From assembly GCA_010093815.1 (NCBI GenBank), contig ML996566.1: a DNA stretch of 64,000 nt. The stretch is one strand, 5' to 3'. Shown here piece by piece: positions 61,305-64,000 of this stretch; position 1 is the stretch's first letter; each line of letters begins with the position of its first letter. Under the pieces are notes generated by a model. That model was not told the DNA's origin and did no database searches. It worked only from the letters and a program-made list of their open reading frames with translations. Source of the DNA: Pseudovirgaria hyperparasitica (taxonomy: Eukaryota). The position numbers were made by a program, and so were the translations under genes.

Positions 61305-64000
61305 TCATGGGTCCACACCTTCAACTTTCCGCAAAAATTCCTTCACTCTGCTAACATCAATACCATCAGAAGTCTCGCTCTCCACAGCCGCGACCAAGCC
61401 GGATAATGATTCCTCAATACGTGTCTCGTCTGTATTCGTACATATGGAAATAATTTTCCGGTACTGCGCCTCGAGTTCGCCGTTCCTTTCTTTGAGAGAT
61501 TTGCATCGCTCTTGAAGATTGGAATTGTTACTGATATAGGCCGATAGACGAGCCTTCAGCACATGAACCGGAGGTAGCGAATAAAGGAATGCCTGGTGTG
61601 GCCCAGACAATGTGTCAATATCCAGGTTTCCATTAATCGATGAAGTGAATTCAGGGGCGGTCGATGACGGAAGGATCGTCGTGAGAGATAAAACACTGTC
61701 TGGTAAATGGTCTGCCCTTACGGCGACTCCGGTATCCAAATCTGCGTCCCCAATAGAGCAGGCCTTGAGTCTCGTCAATGCTGCGGGCTCTTTGTTGGCA
61801 AGTGCGCGCCTTTGCGACTCGGCCCATCGACGGAGGTTCTGTATACGTTGCAGACGATCAGACCTTACCTGATTACGCTGGCGGAGGACATCAAGTTTTT
61901 GCGATTCAAGTTTCTGGTGTGTAGAAAGCTCCTTAATCATACTGTTTGTTTTATCGATCTGATCCTGCTTTATTCTTGTTTCTGCGCTATATTGCGTTTC
62001 CGCTTGAGAGAGGAACGAATTAAACACTGCTCGATCATTAGCGTCTCAAAGTCTTGTTATCTGCAACTGGTTAAGCACTCACGGGGCATGATCTCTCGGC
62101 TTGTTTCTTCACTTCGGCTCAACGGCGCTTTGCCCTTGGGTGGTGATCCAGCTTGGCTTTGTGAGTATCCAGACTTGTCCACGTCGACACCGACTCCAAA
62201 TTCAATAGGCCGCATCCCTTTGTAATTAGGAATAGTGACATCAGCCTGTACTTCGAGAAGTTGACGAATTATACTGCGATTACCAATCCTTGCAGCCAGA
62301 TTCAAAGCAGTATTTCCGCTCTTGTCTCGGGCATTTACCATTTCACCCATGAAACGCATGAGGCCTATTGGCTTATTACTAGAGCCAACGTCGAAGGAAG
62401 CTTGTTGCCCATTTGCTGAATTGCTGCGTACTAGAAATTCCAATAGGGCTTCCAAGTAGTATTTACTCGAAGAGGCCCTTCCTTTAATTGCACACGTAAC
62501 TGCTATGTGATGCAGAATGGTGCGGCCCTGGTGGTCCCTGAACTCGATTAGAGGAGATAAGATCTCCAGCGTTTCAGGAAAGCAACTATGATCCAAGCTG
62601 TTATTGACCGACACAGCGCTCATTAATGGAGTCTGTCCCGCAGCATTGCCACGGAACATATTGGCACCTTTCGAAACAAGCAGACGCATCAGTGAGACTC
62701 GAGCCAGAGTAGCAGCCCAGTGCATTGCGGTGTTCGCGGCATTATCGATTGGCAAATCGAGTTCAGCACCGGACAGGTGACGAAGCGCTGGATGGTCGGC
62801 AAAGTCGGTCCTAGATGTGTCTGCAAAGAGATCTGTTAAGTATGCCTGCTTCTCGTCTGTCATCTTATTTTTGGGAGGAGGTAGTGGTGGCAAAGCAGTG
62901 GGTGCTTCGCCCTCCACAGGCGGTACTTGTGGCAAAGACATCTGCCCTGTGAACGATTCATTCGGTTCTGTTGGCGAACCATCCCGCATTGCAACATCAC
63001 GTCCACCGTTAGACTGGGCGAATGAATCGCCATGGTCCGATCGCATTCGTTTTCGTGGTGGCTCCTGTGTTTCCATTCCGTCTGCTCCGTAAAGTGCGCT
63101 GGATGTGCCATAAGTAGAATCACCTTGGCCTGTGGCACCGAAGCTTTTTTCGGAGTGTATACTCTGCATACTCTGTTGACTACTGCGAAACGATTCCTGA
63201 CTGGCCATCGGAGGCTGCGACGGTCGTCCCCCTATTGTGCCTGGCCGACGCTGTGAGCTGCCTGGCCGAGGCGTAGGTGAGTTCATTCGTGCGACCTTGT
63301 TCATTGCAGCTAGAGCATTCGATGCCGTGGACGATATGTTTGAGAAGAATGTCCCATCAGAATTTTGGGCTGGCGCGCGTGCTTCCATCGAGGTAGTGTA
63401 GAAACGTTTACGATTCGCCGCCATGGCCTGTTCTTTGGTAGGCGTGTCCATACCTTGGCCGGGAGCGCCGCTCCCGTCTGCACTCACATCATACTCCAGT
63501 AATGGGCGTAATAGCTCTTCGACACCATACTGACGGCAGAATTCTCTCCCCCGCTTGTAATCAATCCACGTCCCTTGGTATTTTCCATAACCGCCCTGGA
63601 CCTTTTCATGGTTTCCGGTCAATATCTCTTTCTCCAAAACTTTGGTTCGCTTTCCCTTGTCTACACCAGCGACTTTGAGGATTTGCGTTGCATTCAGCCA
63701 AGAGTCCGATCGCCTCCTCATAACAGCAATACCGTTGACTTCGAGCTCGTATACTGATACGCCCGAGTAAACAGCCTATTTGCGTCGAAAGTTAGCAAAG
63801 GCTCTAGAATGCGACATCTGCATCGTGTTATGGCGTACTGTGTATATTTGAGCGGGACCACCGTGCTGCGCAGGATTGAAGCCATTCGCTTCCGAGAAGG
63901 AGCGAAATGATCCTGATGGCGCCATCATACCATTGCTCGTGTTCGGATTATTGAACATCAGGTGCTGGGGTGTCTGCTGGCCATTGGAAGTAAAGGACGA
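61305..64000 (-). CDS. SWI6: APSES/ankyrin cell-cycle transcription factor, Swi6/Cdc10 type (frame open to the window edge)
   Basis: IYT|AVYSGVSVYELEVNGIAVMRRRSDSWLNATQILKVAG...VQGGYGKYQGTW APSES domain; ankyrin repeats NTAMHWAA, GQTPL, GNTALNLAAR; C-terminal coiled coil. Orthology within the Swi4/Swi6/Res family is uncertain. Confidence 0.85.

Overview
Gene-dense, intron-containing DNA from a filamentous ascomycete (Pezizomycotina; Dothideomycetes is only a guess). Introns are short GT-AG with CTRAC/CTAAY branch sites. About 27 protein-coding genes can be reconstructed. The first ~10 kb is a compact accessory cluster: an FAD monooxygenase running off the left edge, a Zn2Cys6 transcription factor, an HSL-type esterase, a quercetin 2,3-dioxygenase-like bicupin and an MFS transporter. 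Its three intergenic promoter regions share five copies of an inverted CGG motif (CGGAA-N3-CCG), which suggests a self-regulated flavonol/aromatic catabolic regulon. The rest is mostly housekeeping: PGA2, MRPL33, SEC31, a CypE-type RRM protein, an NDUFA4/MLRQ-like micro-exon gene head-to-head with COX12 (which has a 3-nt exon), SPO22, RDS2/AcuM, CENP-Q, SEC6, DPL1, a dual-specificity phosphatase, a probable pseudokinase, a Yip1-family protein, GPH1, a cyclin-like protein, PH and ankyrin proteins, and a Swi6/Cdc10-type APSES factor running off the right edge. No CRISPR, rRNA or intact transposon was seen. All calls are from reading by eye; no database searches were run.
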